Assembly (NCBI GenBank): GCA_946406195.1
Contig: CAMJJT010000005.1
Span: forward strand, 62,010 to 126,009
Length of the DNA stretch: 64,000 nt
Direction of reading: 5' to 3'
Origin: an uncultured Bacteroidales bacterium
Lineage (GTDB): Bacteria; Bacteroidota; Bacteroidia; Bacteroidales; Paludibacteraceae
Shown: in pieces, positions 34,978 through 45,755 of the stretch
Position numbering within the stretch: position 1 is the stretch's first letter
Layout: each line of letters starts with the position of its first letter
The notes under the pieces: generated by a model
What the model was told of the DNA's origin: nothing
The model's input: only the letters and a program-made list of their open reading frames with translations
Database searches by the model: none
Translations under genes and position numbers: made by a program

Positions 34978-36800
34978 TGGATAAGATACGTAATTTTTGT
35001 ATTATTGCGCACATCGATCACGGCAAGAGCACGCTGGCGGATAGGATGTTAGAGATCACGCAGACCGTCGATGTGCGACAGATGGAGAATCAGGTGTTGG
35101 ACGACATGGATCTGGAGAAAGAGCGCGGTATTACGATTAAGAGCCACGCTATTCAGATGGCCTATAAATACAATGGTGGATTGCTAAATGGTGACGCGGC
35201 AAAGCCGCTTAATGGTGAATATACCCTCAACCTGATCGATACTCCGGGGCACGTGGACTTCAGTTATGAGGTCTCGCGTTCGATTGCTGCGTGCGAAGGA
35301 GCCGTGCTGGTGGTCGATGCGACGCAAGGCGTACAGGCGCAAACCATCTCAAACCTTTACATGGCGATCGAGCATGATCTGGAGATCATTCCGGTGCTCA
35401 ATAAATGCGACATGGACAATGCGATGCCCGAACGTGTGGAGGACGAGATTGTGGATCTATTGGGTTGCAAAAGGGAGGAGATCCTTCGCTGCTCCGCCAA
35501 GACAGGAGAAGGTGTGCCGGAGATCTTGGACGCCATCATCGAGCGTATTCCTGCGCCCAAAGGCGACCCGAACGCACCGTTGCAATGTCTCGTTTTCGAT
35601 AGCGTGTTCAATTCTTTTAGAGGTATCATCGCTTATTTCAAAGTGGTCAATGGTACAATGAAAACCGGCGACCAAGTGCGGTTTGTCAACACCGGCAAAG
35701 AGTACGATGCCGACGAGATAGGTATTCTCAAACTGGACATGTGTCCGCGCAAGGAGATCTCTGCCGGAAATGTGGGTTACATCATCTCCGGTATCAAGAC
35801 TTCGACGGAAGTGAAGGTCGGCGATACGATTACCCACGTGGCACGGCCTTGCGACAAGGCGATTGACGGTTTCGAGGAAGCCAAACCGATGGTCTTCGCG
35901 GGTGTGTATCCGATTGAGAGCGAGGACTACGAGGATCTGCGCGCGTCACTTGAGAAACTGCAACTGAACGATGCGTCTCTTACTTTCCAGCCGGAGAGTT
36001 CGATGGCGTTGGGTTTCGGTTTCCGCTGCGGATTCTTAGGTCTGCTGCACATGGAGATCATCCAAGAGCGTCTGGACCGCGAGTTCGACATGGATGTGAT
36101 CACCACCGTACCGAACGTTTCGTACAACGTCTATACCAAAGACGGCGGCATGGTCGAGGTGCATAACCCTGCCGGCATGCCGGATCTGACGGAGATTGAC
36201 CGCATCGAAGAGCCGTATATCCGTGCGTCTGTGATCACCACCGCCGATTATATCGGTCCGATTATGACGCTTTGTCTGGGCAAACGAGGTGAACTAGTCA
36301 AACAGGAGTATATCTCGGGCAATCGAATGGAGCTGCTCTTTGATATGCCGCTCGGCGAGATTGTCATCGATTTCTACGACAAGCTCAAATCGATTAGTAA
36401 GGGTTACGCCTCTTTCGATTGGCATATGAATGGTTTTAGACCATCTAACCTTGTGAAGTTGGATATCCTTTTGAATGGCGAGCAGGTGGATGCACTCTCT
36501 ACCCTCACCCACCGTGACAATGCCGTGGATTTCGGACGTCGTATGTGTGAGAAACTCAAAGAGCTCTTACCTCGTCAGCAGTTCGACATCGCTATTCAAG
36601 CCGCTATCGGCGCGAAGATTATTGCCCGCGAGACCGTCAAGCAGGTCCGCAAAGATGTGCTTGCTAAGTGCTACGGTGGTGACGTGAGCCGTAAGCGCAA
36701 ACTGCTCGAGAAGCAGAAACGCGGTAAGAAACGTATGAAGCAAATCGGTAACGTCGAAGTGCCACAGAAAGCGTTCCTCGCCGTGCTCAAGTTAGACTAG
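34977..36800 (+). CDS. lepA: Translation elongation factor 4 (LepA)
   Basis: [32 protein letters not shown], and the C-terminal [25 protein letters not shown]. Carries a roughly 12-14 aa extra loop before DTPGH. Confidence 0.95.
   Translation: MDKIRNFCIIAHIDHGKSTLADRMLEITQTVDVRQMENQVLDDMDLEKERGITIKSHAIQMAYKYNGGLLNGDAAKPLNGEYTLNLIDTPGHVDFSYEVSRSIAACEGAVLVVDATQGVQAQTISNLYMAIEHDLEIIPVLNKCDMDNAMPERVEDEIVDLLGCKREEILRCSAKTGEGVPEILDAIIERIPAPKGDPNAPLQCLVFDSVFNSFRGIIAYFKVVNGTMKTGDQVRFVNTGKEYDADEIGILKLDMCPRKEISAGNVGYIISGIKTSTEVKVGDTITHVARPCDKAIDGFEEAKPMVFAGVYPIESEDYEDLRASLEKLQLNDASLTFQPESSMALGFGFRCGFLGLLHMEIIQERLDREFDMDVITTVPNVSYNVYTKDGGMVEVHNPAGMPDLTEIDRIEEPYIRASVITTADYIGPIMTLCLGKRGELVKQEYISGNRMELLFDMPLGEIVIDFYDKLKSISKGYASFDWHMNGFRPSNLVKLDILLNGEQVDALSTLTHRDNAVDFGRRMCEKLKELLPRQQFDIAIQAAIGAKIIARETVKQVRKDVLAKCYGGDVSRKRKLLEKQKRGKKRMKQIGNVEVPQKAFLAVLKLD
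35172..35217. repeat. Short insert in the lepA G domain with three AATGGTG copies and an internal hairpin
   Basis: aatggtg gattgct aaatggtg a-cgcggcaaagccgc-tt aatggtg, encoding [15 protein letters not shown]. Confidence 0.55.
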
Positions 36801-36830
36801 GAGGCTTAGGACCCTATAAAAGACATTAAC

Positions 36831-38123
36831 ATGATTGTTCAAAAATTCGGAGGGACCAGTGTGGGTTCGGCGCAGCGGATAAAAGCTGTGGCAGAACTGA
36901 TCGCTAACGGCGAACAGAAAATCGTCGTTCTTTCCGCCATGTCCGGCACGACCAACCATCTCCTCCAAACCACCGAATATATCCGTTTGGGCAATGCTTC
37001 CGGCGCTACCGACATGCTCGATGCCCTTGAAACGAAATACCGCAACGAGTGCGAAGGTCTGGCGATCGATTATGCCGTTCTTCAACCGTTCTTTGCTGCC
37101 CTGAGGAAGATTTGCCTCAAGCCCTATACGCCGCAAACGGATAAGGATGTTGTCTCTTTCGGCGAGTTGATCTCTACCACGATGATGACTACGTATATGT
37201 CTCAGCAAGGCGAGGACGTTGTGTTGATGCCTGCGCTTGATTATATGCGTATCAACGCGGAGGGCGAACCGGATTTGATTGCCACAGAGCAACTACTCCA
37301 ACAGCAGATGGAGAAATACGGGGCGCACCGTTATATCATCACACAAGGCTTCATCTGCCGCAATGCCGAAGGGCAGGTTGATAACCTCAAACGCGGTGGC
37401 AGCGATTATACGGCTTCTATCGTCGGCGCGCTGTTAGAGGCGCAGGAAATACAGATTTGGACCGACATAGACGGCATGCATAATAACGACCCGCGGTTCG
37501 TGGAAGGGACACAACCGGTACGGCATATCAGTTTCGACGAAGCCGCCGAGCTCGCTTATTTCGGCGCGAAAATACTCCACCCGACCTGTATCCTGCCCGC
37601 CAAGATGCACAATGTGCCGGTTCGTTTGCTGAACACGATGTGTCCGGAGGCTCCGGGCACGCTTATCAATAACCAGACATCGCCTCAACCGGTCAAAGCG
37701 GTGGCAGCCAAGGACGGGATCTACGCCGTACGGGTGCAATCCGACCGAATGCTCATGGCTTATGGATTCCTGAGCCGCGTGTTCTCTGTTTTTGAGAAAT
37801 ACCGCACGTCCATCGACCTGATCACTACCTCCGAGGTGGCGGTTTCCATGTCAGTGGATAACAACAGTCAACTCGATGCCATCGTTGCCGAACTACGCAC
37901 ATTAGGTACGGTCTCCGTGGAGAATGGGATGACGATTATCTCTGTTGTGGGTGACCTCCGCGCCGATAACCGCGGCATCGAATCCGTGGTTGTACAGGCA
38001 CTCAAGGAGATTCCGATCCGTATGATCAGCTACGGAGGGTCCGAGCATAATATCTCCCTTCTGATTCACTCCGACCATAAAATACCTGCGTTACAATCGC
38101 TTAGCAAAGCCCTTTTCCAATGA
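36831..38123 (+). CDS. lysC: Aspartate kinase (monofunctional, LysC type)
   Basis: VQKFGGTSVGS, VVLSAMSGTTN, RGGSDYTAS, plus two C-terminal ACT regions. Overlaps lysA as ATGA. Confidence 0.9.
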   Translation: MIVQKFGGTSVGSAQRIKAVAELIANGEQKIVVLSAMSGTTNHLLQTTEYIRLGNASGATDMLDALETKYRNECEGLAIDYAVLQPFFAALRKICLKPYTPQTDKDVVSFGELISTTMMTTYMSQQGEDVVLMPALDYMRINAEGEPDLIATEQLLQQQMEKYGAHRYIITQGFICRNAEGQVDNLKRGGSDYTASIVGALLEAQEIQIWTDIDGMHNNDPRFVEGTQPVRHISFDEAAELAYFGAKILHPTCILPAKMHNVPVRLLNTMCPEAPGTLINNQTSPQPVKAVAAKDGIYAVRVQSDRMLMAYGFLSRVFSVFEKYRTSIDLITTSEVAVSMSVDNNSQLDAIVAELRTLGTVSVENGMTIISVVGDLRADNRGIESVVVQALKEIPIRMISYGGSEHNISLLIHSDHKIPALQSLSKALFQ

Positions 38124-39316
38124 TAACCGGACAATTTCCCATAGCACGCTTCGAGACACTTGAGACGCCTTTCTATTATTACGACATGGCGGTGCTTACT
38201 GACACGCTTCGTGCCGTTAATAAGGAGCGGTCTGAAGTTGAGGGACCGATGGCTCCTTTTGCCGTTCACTATGCAGTGAAGGCTTGCTCCACTCCGGCGG
38301 TTCTGCAAACGATTGCGCAAGCCGGCTTAGGAGCAGATTGCGTGAGCGGAGGCGAGGTGAGAGCGGCGATTGAGGCAGGATTCAATGCCGACAAAATCGT
38401 CTTTGCCGGGGTAGCCAAGAGCGATCGAGAAATTCGGTATGCTTTGGAGCAAGGTATTTTCTGCTTCAACGTGGAGTCGATGGAAGAGCTGGAGGTTATC
38501 TCGTCGCTGGCATCGGAGATGGGTGTTCGTGCGCGTGTATGCCTGCGTGTGAACCCTAATATAAACGCGCACACGCACGATAAGATCACCACGGGGCTGA
38601 GTGAGAATAAATTCGGTATTCCGATGCGCTTTCTCAATGAGGCGGTGGCACTATGCTATCGTCTGCCGGCTATCGATTTCCTCGGTCTCCATTTTCATAT
38701 CGGTTCGCAGATCACCGACATGACGCCTTTTGTGCATCTGGCGGAACGAATTAATGAACTGGTAGCGGAAGTGGAGCAAATGACTTGCAAAGACCCGGAT
38801 GGTAAGGCGGTACAGCCTGTCGTACGGCATATCAACGTAGGCGGCGGTTTAGGCATTCTCTATGAGCACCCAAACCATTTTCCGATACCGGATTTCAAGG
38901 CCTATTTCGACACATGGCGGAGCCATCTGCATCTTCGGGCAGACCAGCAGGTACATTGTGAGTTAGGACGTTCGATCGTGGCGCAATGCGGCAATCTGAT
39001 TACCCGCGTGTTGTACGTCAAAAAAGGCGAGAACAAGCAGTTTGCTATCGTCGATGCCGGCATGAACGACCTGATTCGTCCTGCCATGTACGGTGCTTTT
39101 CATCGCGTGGAGAATATTACCCACCCCGAAAAAGAGGAACAACTGTACGACATCGTCGGGCCTGTCTGCGAGTCGAGCGATGTGTTTGTGGAGAACTACC
39201 GGATAGCCGCCGTTCAACGGGGCGACCTCCTTGCGATGCGCAGCGCTGGCGCTTACGGCGAGACGATGGCATCCCAATATAATCTCCGCCGACTACCTGG
39301 GCATGTTATCTCGTGA
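38120..39316 (+). CDS. lysA: Diaminopimelate decarboxylase
   Basis: YAVKACS (PLP lysine), HFHIGSQ, GGGLGI, CESSD, AGAYG. Confidence 0.92.
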   Translation: MITGQFPIARFETLETPFYYYDMAVLTDTLRAVNKERSEVEGPMAPFAVHYAVKACSTPAVLQTIAQAGLGADCVSGGEVRAAIEAGFNADKIVFAGVAKSDREIRYALEQGIFCFNVESMEELEVISSLASEMGVRARVCLRVNPNINAHTHDKITTGLSENKFGIPMRFLNEAVALCYRLPAIDFLGLHFHIGSQITDMTPFVHLAERINELVAEVEQMTCKDPDGKAVQPVVRHINVGGGLGILYEHPNHFPIPDFKAYFDTWRSHLHLRADQQVHCELGRSIVAQCGNLITRVLYVKKGENKQFAIVDAGMNDLIRPAMYGAFHRVENITHPEKEEQLYDIVGPVCESSDVFVENYRIAAVQRGDLLAMRSAGAYGETMASQYNLRRLPGHVIS

Positions 39317-39433
39317 AGAAATTGGGACACAAAATGCCGATAAATGTGAAAAAATAAAATTATATTTGGCTATGTCAGAATAATTTTGTAAATTTGCAAG
39401 CAATTTCAGATCAATTTAAAACTTAAAACTAAT

Positions 39434-40735
39434 ATGATTGAGCATTTGATTCCTGCTTGGATGTTAATTCCATTTGTGGTGATGCTGCTTTGTATCGCCG
39501 TGCTGCCGCTCATTCCTCATGTAGGTGAGTGGTGGGAACACAATTTGCACAAGTTGTACATCTCTTTGCTGCTCGGTACCCCTGTGGGTGTTTGGCTCTG
39601 CCTCAACGGTATGGACCATGAGCTGATTCACCAGATGATCTACGATTATGTGCCGTTCATCTTGCTGCTGATGGCGCTGTTTGTAACCACCGGTGGTATT
39701 TGTATCCGAGGTGACTTGAAGGCTACTCCGACCACCAACACCGTTATTTTAGCCATCGGCTGGGTTCTGGCATCGTTTATGGGTACGACAGGAGCTGCTA
39801 TGCTGCTAATCCGCCTCTTGCTGGCGACGATCCAACAGCGCAAATACCGCGTGCACACGGTGTTGTTCTTCATCGCTATCGTGGCTAACTGCGGTGGTTT
39901 GCTCTCGCCGCTGGGTGATCCTCCTTTGTTCCTGCTCTTCCAGAAAGGTACGCCGTTCATGTGGTGGATGCAGAACATGATGCCTGAGTGGTTAGTGACG
40001 GGTGTTCTGCTGTTAGGTATCTATTTCCTCGTCGATCTCTATTACTACAAGAAAGAGCCGATTGAGCATATTATGGCGGATGTACGCGAGGCGAAGAAAC
40101 TGACGGCTACGGGTCTGATTAACATCTTCTGGTTGCTCTGCGTGATCATGAGCACGATGTTCATCAACTCCACTTATATCCCTGCGATGGGCGAGCACGA
40201 TGCACCGTGGTTCCTCAAACTGCTGCGCGAATGGGCATTCATCCTTATCATCCTCGGCTCGTGGGTAACCACCAAGAAAGAGGTGCGTGTCAACAACAAC
40301 TATTCTTGGACTCCGATTATGGAGGTGGCTTGCGTCTTCCTCGGTATCTTCGCTACGATGACCCCTGCTCTCATGTTCCTCCAGCAAAATCCGCTGCCCA
40401 TTCATGCACCTTGGCAATTCGTTTATTGCACCGGAGCCCTCTCGGCATTCCTTGACAACGCCCCGACTGCGATGGTCTTCCACGCTACCGCTACGACCCT
40501 GCCTGCAGGCGTGGATGCAGTGGCCGGTATTGCTCCGGAGTTCATGAAAGCGATCTCCATGGGAGCTGTCTTCTTTGGCGCACTGACCTATATTGGTAAC
40601 GGTCCTAACTTCATGGTCAAATCGATCGCGGAGCAGGAAGGCATTGACATGCCGTCGTTCTTCGGCTATATGATTAAGTTCAGCTTGATCATCCTCCTGC
40701 CGGTTTATGTAATCGTACAATTACTGTTTATCTAA
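39434..40735 (+). CDS. Ion transporter of the ArsB/NhaD (citrate transporter-like) superfamily, putative Na+/H+ antiporter
   Basis: 433 aa polytopic membrane ORF. The family call rests on overall resemblance only. Confidence 0.6.
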   Translation: MIEHLIPAWMLIPFVVMLLCIAVLPLIPHVGEWWEHNLHKLYISLLLGTPVGVWLCLNGMDHELIHQMIYDYVPFILLLMALFVTTGGICIRGDLKATPTTNTVILAIGWVLASFMGTTGAAMLLIRLLLATIQQRKYRVHTVLFFIAIVANCGGLLSPLGDPPLFLLFQKGTPFMWWMQNMMPEWLVTGVLLLGIYFLVDLYYYKKEPIEHIMADVREAKKLTATGLINIFWLLCVIMSTMFINSTYIPAMGEHDAPWFLKLLREWAFILIILGSWVTTKKEVRVNNNYSWTPIMEVACVFLGIFATMTPALMFLQQNPLPIHAPWQFVYCTGALSAFLDNAPTAMVFHATATTLPAGVDAVAGIAPEFMKAISMGAVFFGALTYIGNGPNFMVKSIAEQEGIDMPSFFGYMIKFSLIILLPVYVIVQLLFI

Positions 40736-41391
40736 TGAGTTTCGTTGATAATGTAATCACGTGGTATTCGGCGCATATGAACTATGCGTCGATTACTGCG
40801 TTGATGGCTGTAGAGTCATCGTTTATTCCATTCCCGAGCGAGGTAGTTATCCCTCCCGCCGCCTTCGTAGCCGGTCAGCCGGAGAGCATACTTTGTACCA
40901 CCGGCAACTACCCTATCGATGTGCTGCTGATCATCCTTTTCGGTACGCTGGGAGCTATGATAGGGGCTATCATCAATTATGGTCTCTCTGTTTGGTTGGG
41001 GCGGCTTATCATCTATAAGTTCGCCGACAGCCGTCTGGGGCACATGTGCCTGCTCTCGAGCGAAAAACTGCAACGCGCAGAGGAATATTTCCGCGAGAAA
41101 GGGAATGTCTCCACCTTCGTCGGTCGATTTATTCCGGGTATCCGGCAGTTGATCTCCATCCCTGCGGGACTTAGCCGGATGCACTTCGGGTCCTTCCTTT
41201 GGTGGACTTTCCTCGGAGCGTTCATCTGGAACTGCATCCTTGCGCTGGTGGGCTACATTGCTGCGGGACAAATGGACCTCATAAAAGAATATAGCCACGA
41301 ATTATCCGTGGCCATATTGGTATTGCTTGGCGTAGGTATTGTTTATTTTGCTATCAAGCAATACCTCCGCGTCAAAAAGTCAAAGGATTAA
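40735..41391 (+). CDS. DedA family membrane protein
   Basis: FIPFPSEVVIPPAAF and GRFIPGIRQLISIPAG motifs. The ATG overlaps the upstream TAA (TAATG). Confidence 0.85.
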   Translation: MSFVDNVITWYSAHMNYASITALMAVESSFIPFPSEVVIPPAAFVAGQPESILCTTGNYPIDVLLIILFGTLGAMIGAIINYGLSVWLGRLIIYKFADSRLGHMCLLSSEKLQRAEEYFREKGNVSTFVGRFIPGIRQLISIPAGLSRMHFGSFLWWTFLGAFIWNCILALVGYIAAGQMDLIKEYSHELSVAILVLLGVGIVYFAIKQYLRVKKSKD

Positions 41392-41425
41392 AAACGGTTT
41401 TCTGACGTTAAAACGTCCAAGACAG

Positions 41426-42376
41426 TTAAGCCTTCAACCAAGCGTTGATGGCTTTTCTTTTGTCCAACAGTTCCGCTAATACGCAACCTCCTATCCATCC
41501 CATTAACACAAAGAGAAAGAGGATTTTCTTGCGTCCGTTAACAGGATTGGGATCCAGCGTAAAATGGTTCTCCAATACCACCGGCGCGGTAGCAAACTGC
41601 ATCCTTTGATCCATCTTGTCTGTATGGGTCTGATGATCGTAGATTTCATCTAAGAAAAGATGCACTCTCCAATCGCCCATGAACACCATTCCATCGCGCA
41701 CTGTACCGAGAGGCTCAGAGCCCGGATGACCATGAAAATAGTAATGGGTAGTCAAACTATCCAGTTTCACAAACTGCGAATGATTGAATTTCACTTGATC
41801 TTCCATACCCTGCAAATACACCTTATACGCGCGCTGCAATGCCTCATTCGCATTGAGGATTGACAACATCTCCTGCTCCACCTCGGGCAGCAACTCCAAA
41901 TGGCGCGACTTAATCCGGAATTGGAGACATATACGATCTTGCATCTGGACGTTCACGGTGTCCGTCGAAGAAGAGCTGCCGCTGAAATCAATTTTATCCG
42001 CCACATCGTCTCCCAAACAGTCGATCACGCGATAGGTGTTGAAATTGGACACCTTAGATTCCTTCATCAACTGTAGCAGCTGAGAGTCTTCCGGCAGGAG
42101 TTTAGCGGAGCGAAAAGGCGCATATGCCTGCTCAAACTGCTGAATAGAGACACCATTCAAGAAGGCTACCGCGTTCGCTTTGTAAATCGTGTTCTCCTCA
42201 CGCGTGTAATAGAGCGCTGCAGCCGCAGCCAAAATCACCAGCGTGATCACGATCCACCAATACCGGTACGTGAGACGAATCATATGCCCCAATAACCGTC
42301 CCAAAGCGGCACAGCCACGACCGATTGCGCGACCGGTTAGCACACAAAGGTCAAAAAAATTCAATTCTCTTTCCAT
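41426..42376 (-). CDS. Hypothetical bitopic membrane protein (N- and C-terminal TM segments, polysaccharide co-polymerase-like topology)
   Basis: TM1 WWIVITLVILAAAAALYY and TM2 ILFLFVLMGWIGGCVLAELL. No motif recognised. Confidence 0.5.
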   Translation of the reverse strand: MERELNFFDLCVLTGRAIGRGCAALGRLLGHMIRLTYRYWWIVITLVILAAAAALYYTREENTIYKANAVAFLNGVSIQQFEQAYAPFRSAKLLPEDSQLLQLMKESKVSNFNTYRVIDCLGDDVADKIDFSGSSSSTDTVNVQMQDRICLQFRIKSRHLELLPEVEQEMLSILNANEALQRAYKVYLQGMEDQVKFNHSQFVKLDSLTTHYYFHGHPGSEPLGTVRDGMVFMGDWRVHLFLDEIYDHQTHTDKMDQRMQFATAPVVLENHFTLDPNPVNGRKKILFLFVLMGWIGGCVLAELLDKRKAINAWLKA

Positions 42377-42397
42377 ATAATTTTTTCTTTAAATGTT

Positions 42398-43642
42398 TCA
42401 CTTTCTTCTAATCCAGCCGAAGACACGATGCTCCGGTTTGGGCGTTTCTTCTTCTTTGGTCTCTTCTTCCACAGCGATGACCACCTCATCCGCCGACGTA
42501 GAAGCAGCGCGCTCACGAGGCGTATTCGCCGCCGGCTCCTCCACGGGGAAGAGCGTAGCGCTCAGATCTATCGTCTGCACAGGTTCATCCTCCATCGGGT
42601 TGGGTACCTGCGGAGGATAGTTCTCATCGATTGCCTCTTCGATCGTCTTCTTGCCTTCCTCCGCCTCTTCCGAGGGCAGACCGTCCACTTTATAACCCGT
42701 AGCAATAACGGTTACGCGTACCGCATCGCCCAGAGACTCATCGATTGACGCACCCCATTGCACCTCGATATTATCGCCTACTTCCTGCACGAAATCATTG
42801 ATCTGGTCAATCTCCTCCATGACTATTGCATGCTCCGTGGAGCAGTAGAATTGCAGCAGGATTCGCTCCGCGCCGTGTACGTCGTTGGTGTTCACGAGCG
42901 GCGAATTGAGGGCATCGTTGATGGCGTTGGTAATACGTTTCTCACCCGATGCGCGACCTATATTCATGATCGCTACACCACCCTTCCGGAGGGTATTGCG
43001 CACATCGGCAAAGTCGGTATTGATATACCCGGGTACCGTAATGATCTCCGCAATCGAACGGGCAGCATTCGCCACTACGTCATCCGATTTGCTGAAGGCA
43101 TTGAGCAGATTGAGCTCCGGATAAATCTGCTTGAGTTTTTCATTATTGATGATCAGCAAGGCGTCCACATGTTTCGCCAAACGCGCCACACCGGTCATCG
43201 CTTTCTCAATCTTTTTCTTTCCCTCAAAAGCAAAGGGGATGGTCACGATTCCGACGGTCAAAATGCCCATCTCTTGCGCCACTTCGGCTACGACGGACGA
43301 AGCACCGGTTCCGGTTCCGCCACCCATTCCTGCAGCAAGGAACAACATCTGCGTACCATCGTTCAGCGCCTCACGAATATGATCCCTGCTCTCTTCGGCA
43401 TACTGGCGAGCGGTCTCGGGATCACCTCCGGCGCCTAAACCCGGTCCTAATTGCAACTTACTGGGCACCGAACTCTTGATAAGCACCTGCCGATCGGTGT
43501 TGCATACAAGGAAAGAGACATCTTTCAGTCCCTGACGATGCATGTAATTAACGGCATTGCAACCTCCGCCGCCGACACCGATCACCTTGATTATACTATC
43601 TTCCGTCAAGCCTTCCAAAGGCAATGTAATGAGATCTTCCAT
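42398..43642 (-). CDS. ftsZ: Cell division protein FtsZ
   Basis: IKVIGVGGGGCNAVN and GMGGGTGTGASSVVA tubulin signature. Confidence 0.95.
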   Translation of the reverse strand: MEDLITLPLEGLTEDSIIKVIGVGGGGCNAVNYMHRQGLKDVSFLVCNTDRQVLIKSSVPSKLQLGPGLGAGGDPETARQYAEESRDHIREALNDGTQMLFLAAGMGGGTGTGASSVVAEVAQEMGILTVGIVTIPFAFEGKKKIEKAMTGVARLAKHVDALLIINNEKLKQIYPELNLLNAFSKSDDVVANAARSIAEIITVPGYINTDFADVRNTLRKGGVAIMNIGRASGEKRITNAINDALNSPLVNTNDVHGAERILLQFYCSTEHAIVMEEIDQINDFVQEVGDNIEVQWGASIDESLGDAVRVTVIATGYKVDGLPSEEAEEGKKTIEEAIDENYPPQVPNPMEDEPVQTIDLSATLFPVEEPAANTPRERAASTSADEVVIAVEEETKEEETPKPEHRVFGWIRRK

Positions 43643-43646
43643 AATT

Positions 43647-43667
43647 ATGTTTGATGTTTAATGTTTA
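43647..43667. repeat. 3 x 7 bp tandem repeat (ATGTTTN) in the ftsA-ftsZ spacer
   Basis: atgtttg atgttta atgttta. Confidence 0.65.
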
Positions 43668-43678
43668 CTAATTGTGAT

Positions 43679-44962
43679 TTATTGCTGGTCGATAAACATA
43701 TCCAGCGTTGACTCCTTGAACCGATCAAAGAAACCGGGCTTGCGCACCAACTGATTCTTATGGCTCTCGCGGTAGTCCTGCCCGAGCAGAATAGTACCTA
43801 CCAGCGAGGTATAAACCGGCGACAGATATTTATCTTCCGTATCCCGATGGAGCAGCAGATTATGCGCGCCATATTGTACCTTGACCGACGTCATACTCTG
43901 GATATATTCCTCCATTCCCATCAGCATACTACCGCCTCCGGTGATGTACAACGTGGATATACGGTTCTCTACTTTCTTGAGTTCCTCCATCAGCGGCGCC
44001 AGTATTTCCTGTAACTTCAGTTCGATAGCCCCTGCCAGTTCAGTAGAGGCAATCAACATATCTCCGCCTATCTCGGGACTCGCCGGCACACGCAGACGAA
44101 CGTTCCGCTCCACCAACGAGGGAGCTGCATATCCATACTCTTTCTTGAGCGCCTCGGCGGTAACAAAACTCATGCCCTGTTGCTCGAGCATTCGGGTTAT
44201 GTGATAGCCGCCTTTGGGCACCACTTTATTGAGCAAATACTGGCCGCCTTTATACACCGTTAGGGTCGTGGTCTGCGCGCCAAAATCGATGACAGCGCAA
44301 CCTCCCATCAGCACATGGTTTCCGTCGCAGGTGGCGAAAGTCGACAACAATGCCTCCGGACGCACGAACGCATGTTCAATACTCCGCGCCGCTTGTGAGA
44401 ACGCTTTCTGCAACTGAGTGTCAATCGCCTTACGGCCGTAGAAAGCGATATAATGTGCCTCCACCAGCGCCGCTCTCTGTTCCGGCGAAGGAGTCTCATC
44501 TTGCTCCACCCCATCCAACTTAAAGAAACTCGGCACTAATCCCAAGACTGCCACCTCGGGGTTACGGGACTCGATTTTCTCCTTGCATTCCTGCTCCATC
44601 TCATCCAACAACTCCTGACTAATCTCTTTCCTGCGGGCCTGATCCCGTTTGGAGTGCACCGCTACGATCTGCATCGATTGACCACCTATACTGATGAATG
44701 CAGTCGGCAGTTCATTCACTCCGATGCGGTTAGCCAGCAGCTTAAGCACCTCGGCGATGACGTATCCGGCACTGCTGGATTGGGTGATGATACCCTGCTC
44801 CACGCACACGTTTCCCATCTTCTGAGGACGTTCCTCCACGCCTAAGACCTGAAACAAGTCCGGCGCCATACAACGCGCCGCCATGGCGCGTACACTGTCG
44901 CTGCCCAAGTCGATTGCCACTAACGGCAGCGTGTCTGCTAATTGAGCTTGTCTTCTTGCCAT
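43679..44962 (-). CDS. ftsA: Cell division protein FtsA
   Basis: Actin-like fold motifs VAIDLGSDSVR, VIDFGAQTTTLTVY, LYITGGGS. Confidence 0.9.
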   Translation of the reverse strand: MARRQAQLADTLPLVAIDLGSDSVRAMAARCMAPDLFQVLGVEERPQKMGNVCVEQGIITQSSSAGYVIAEVLKLLANRIGVNELPTAFISIGGQSMQIVAVHSKRDQARRKEISQELLDEMEQECKEKIESRNPEVAVLGLVPSFFKLDGVEQDETPSPEQRAALVEAHYIAFYGRKAIDTQLQKAFSQAARSIEHAFVRPEALLSTFATCDGNHVLMGGCAVIDFGAQTTTLTVYKGGQYLLNKVVPKGGYHITRMLEQQGMSFVTAEALKKEYGYAAPSLVERNVRLRVPASPEIGGDMLIASTELAGAIELKLQEILAPLMEELKKVENRISTLYITGGGSMLMGMEEYIQSMTSVKVQYGAHNLLLHRDTEDKYLSPVYTSLVGTILLGQDYRESHKNQLVRKPGFFDRFKESTLDMFIDQQ

Positions 44963-44983
44963 ATATTCATATTCGGTTTAGAT

Positions 44984-45724
44984 TTATTTTCTTGCTACCA
45001 CTTGTCCTTGAAAGCGCAGATCCAACTCTCTGTACTGCTTTCCTGCCGTCTCTTCCGCGCCTTCCTCTATAAACGTGCGCAGTTTGGCGAATTTCTTTTC
45101 ATAACCACGCATCGCTCCCAACACCACACGCGGCTTCTCTTCTCCGCGCAGCAGGGCATAGATCATGTACGGGTTCTGCACGTATAGATGGTGTACGCGG
45201 CTTCGCCAGTAACGATCCGCCTGCAACCACTCCGCATAATCCGCCAGCGAAGAAGCCGCCATCGTCGGACTGATGTTTCCCGCCACAACCGGCACACTGT
45301 CCCGTACCGCCGCACGAGCTTGCATCACACGCCGGTCGGTATCTATCAAATAATGCTCATGGGGTGTCTGCACACGCAAAAGCGGTACACGTTGGGTCAG
45401 TTGCACGCGCACCTCATTGCGCGGAGTCATGTAACACTCCGCCGTACGTACCATCGGATGATGTCCGATCGACCGCTCTATGCGATGCAACGACACGGTG
45501 TTCATCATCTGCCCAACCGGATAAATACCTTCTGCACGCAGCAAAGCGTTCAACTCGCCCTCCGACAAATACATCCGCTCCTCTGCATCTTCTATCGTAT
45601 AGCGCAGCGACACACAGGGCGAAGCGGTCGAGGTCAATTCATACCCCGCCACCACAGCTCCGACCAGCAACAATGCCATGATGCCGATCCCGATGCTCTT
45701 CCATATGATCTGTGCTTTACTCAA
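44984..45724 (-). CDS. ftsQ: Cell division protein FtsQ (POTRA-containing)
   Basis: Position between murC and ftsA, one N-terminal TM, POTRA-like region. The only in-frame start before the TM is TTG at 45722-45724, so the start is uncertain. Confidence 0.7.
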   Translation of the reverse strand: MSKAQIIWKSIGIGIMALLLVGAVVAGYELTSTASPCVSLRYTIEDAEERMYLSEGELNALLRAEGIYPVGQMMNTVSLHRIERSIGHHPMVRTAECYMTPRNEVRVQLTQRVPLLRVQTPHEHYLIDTDRRVMQARAAVRDSVPVVAGNISPTMAASSLADYAEWLQADRYWRSRVHHLYVQNPYMIYALLRGEEKPRVVLGAMRGYEKKFAKLRTFIEEGAEETAGKQYRELDLRFQGQVVARK

Positions 45725-45755
45725 CTTTCAAACAAGGCACTCTGTGCCCAAACTT

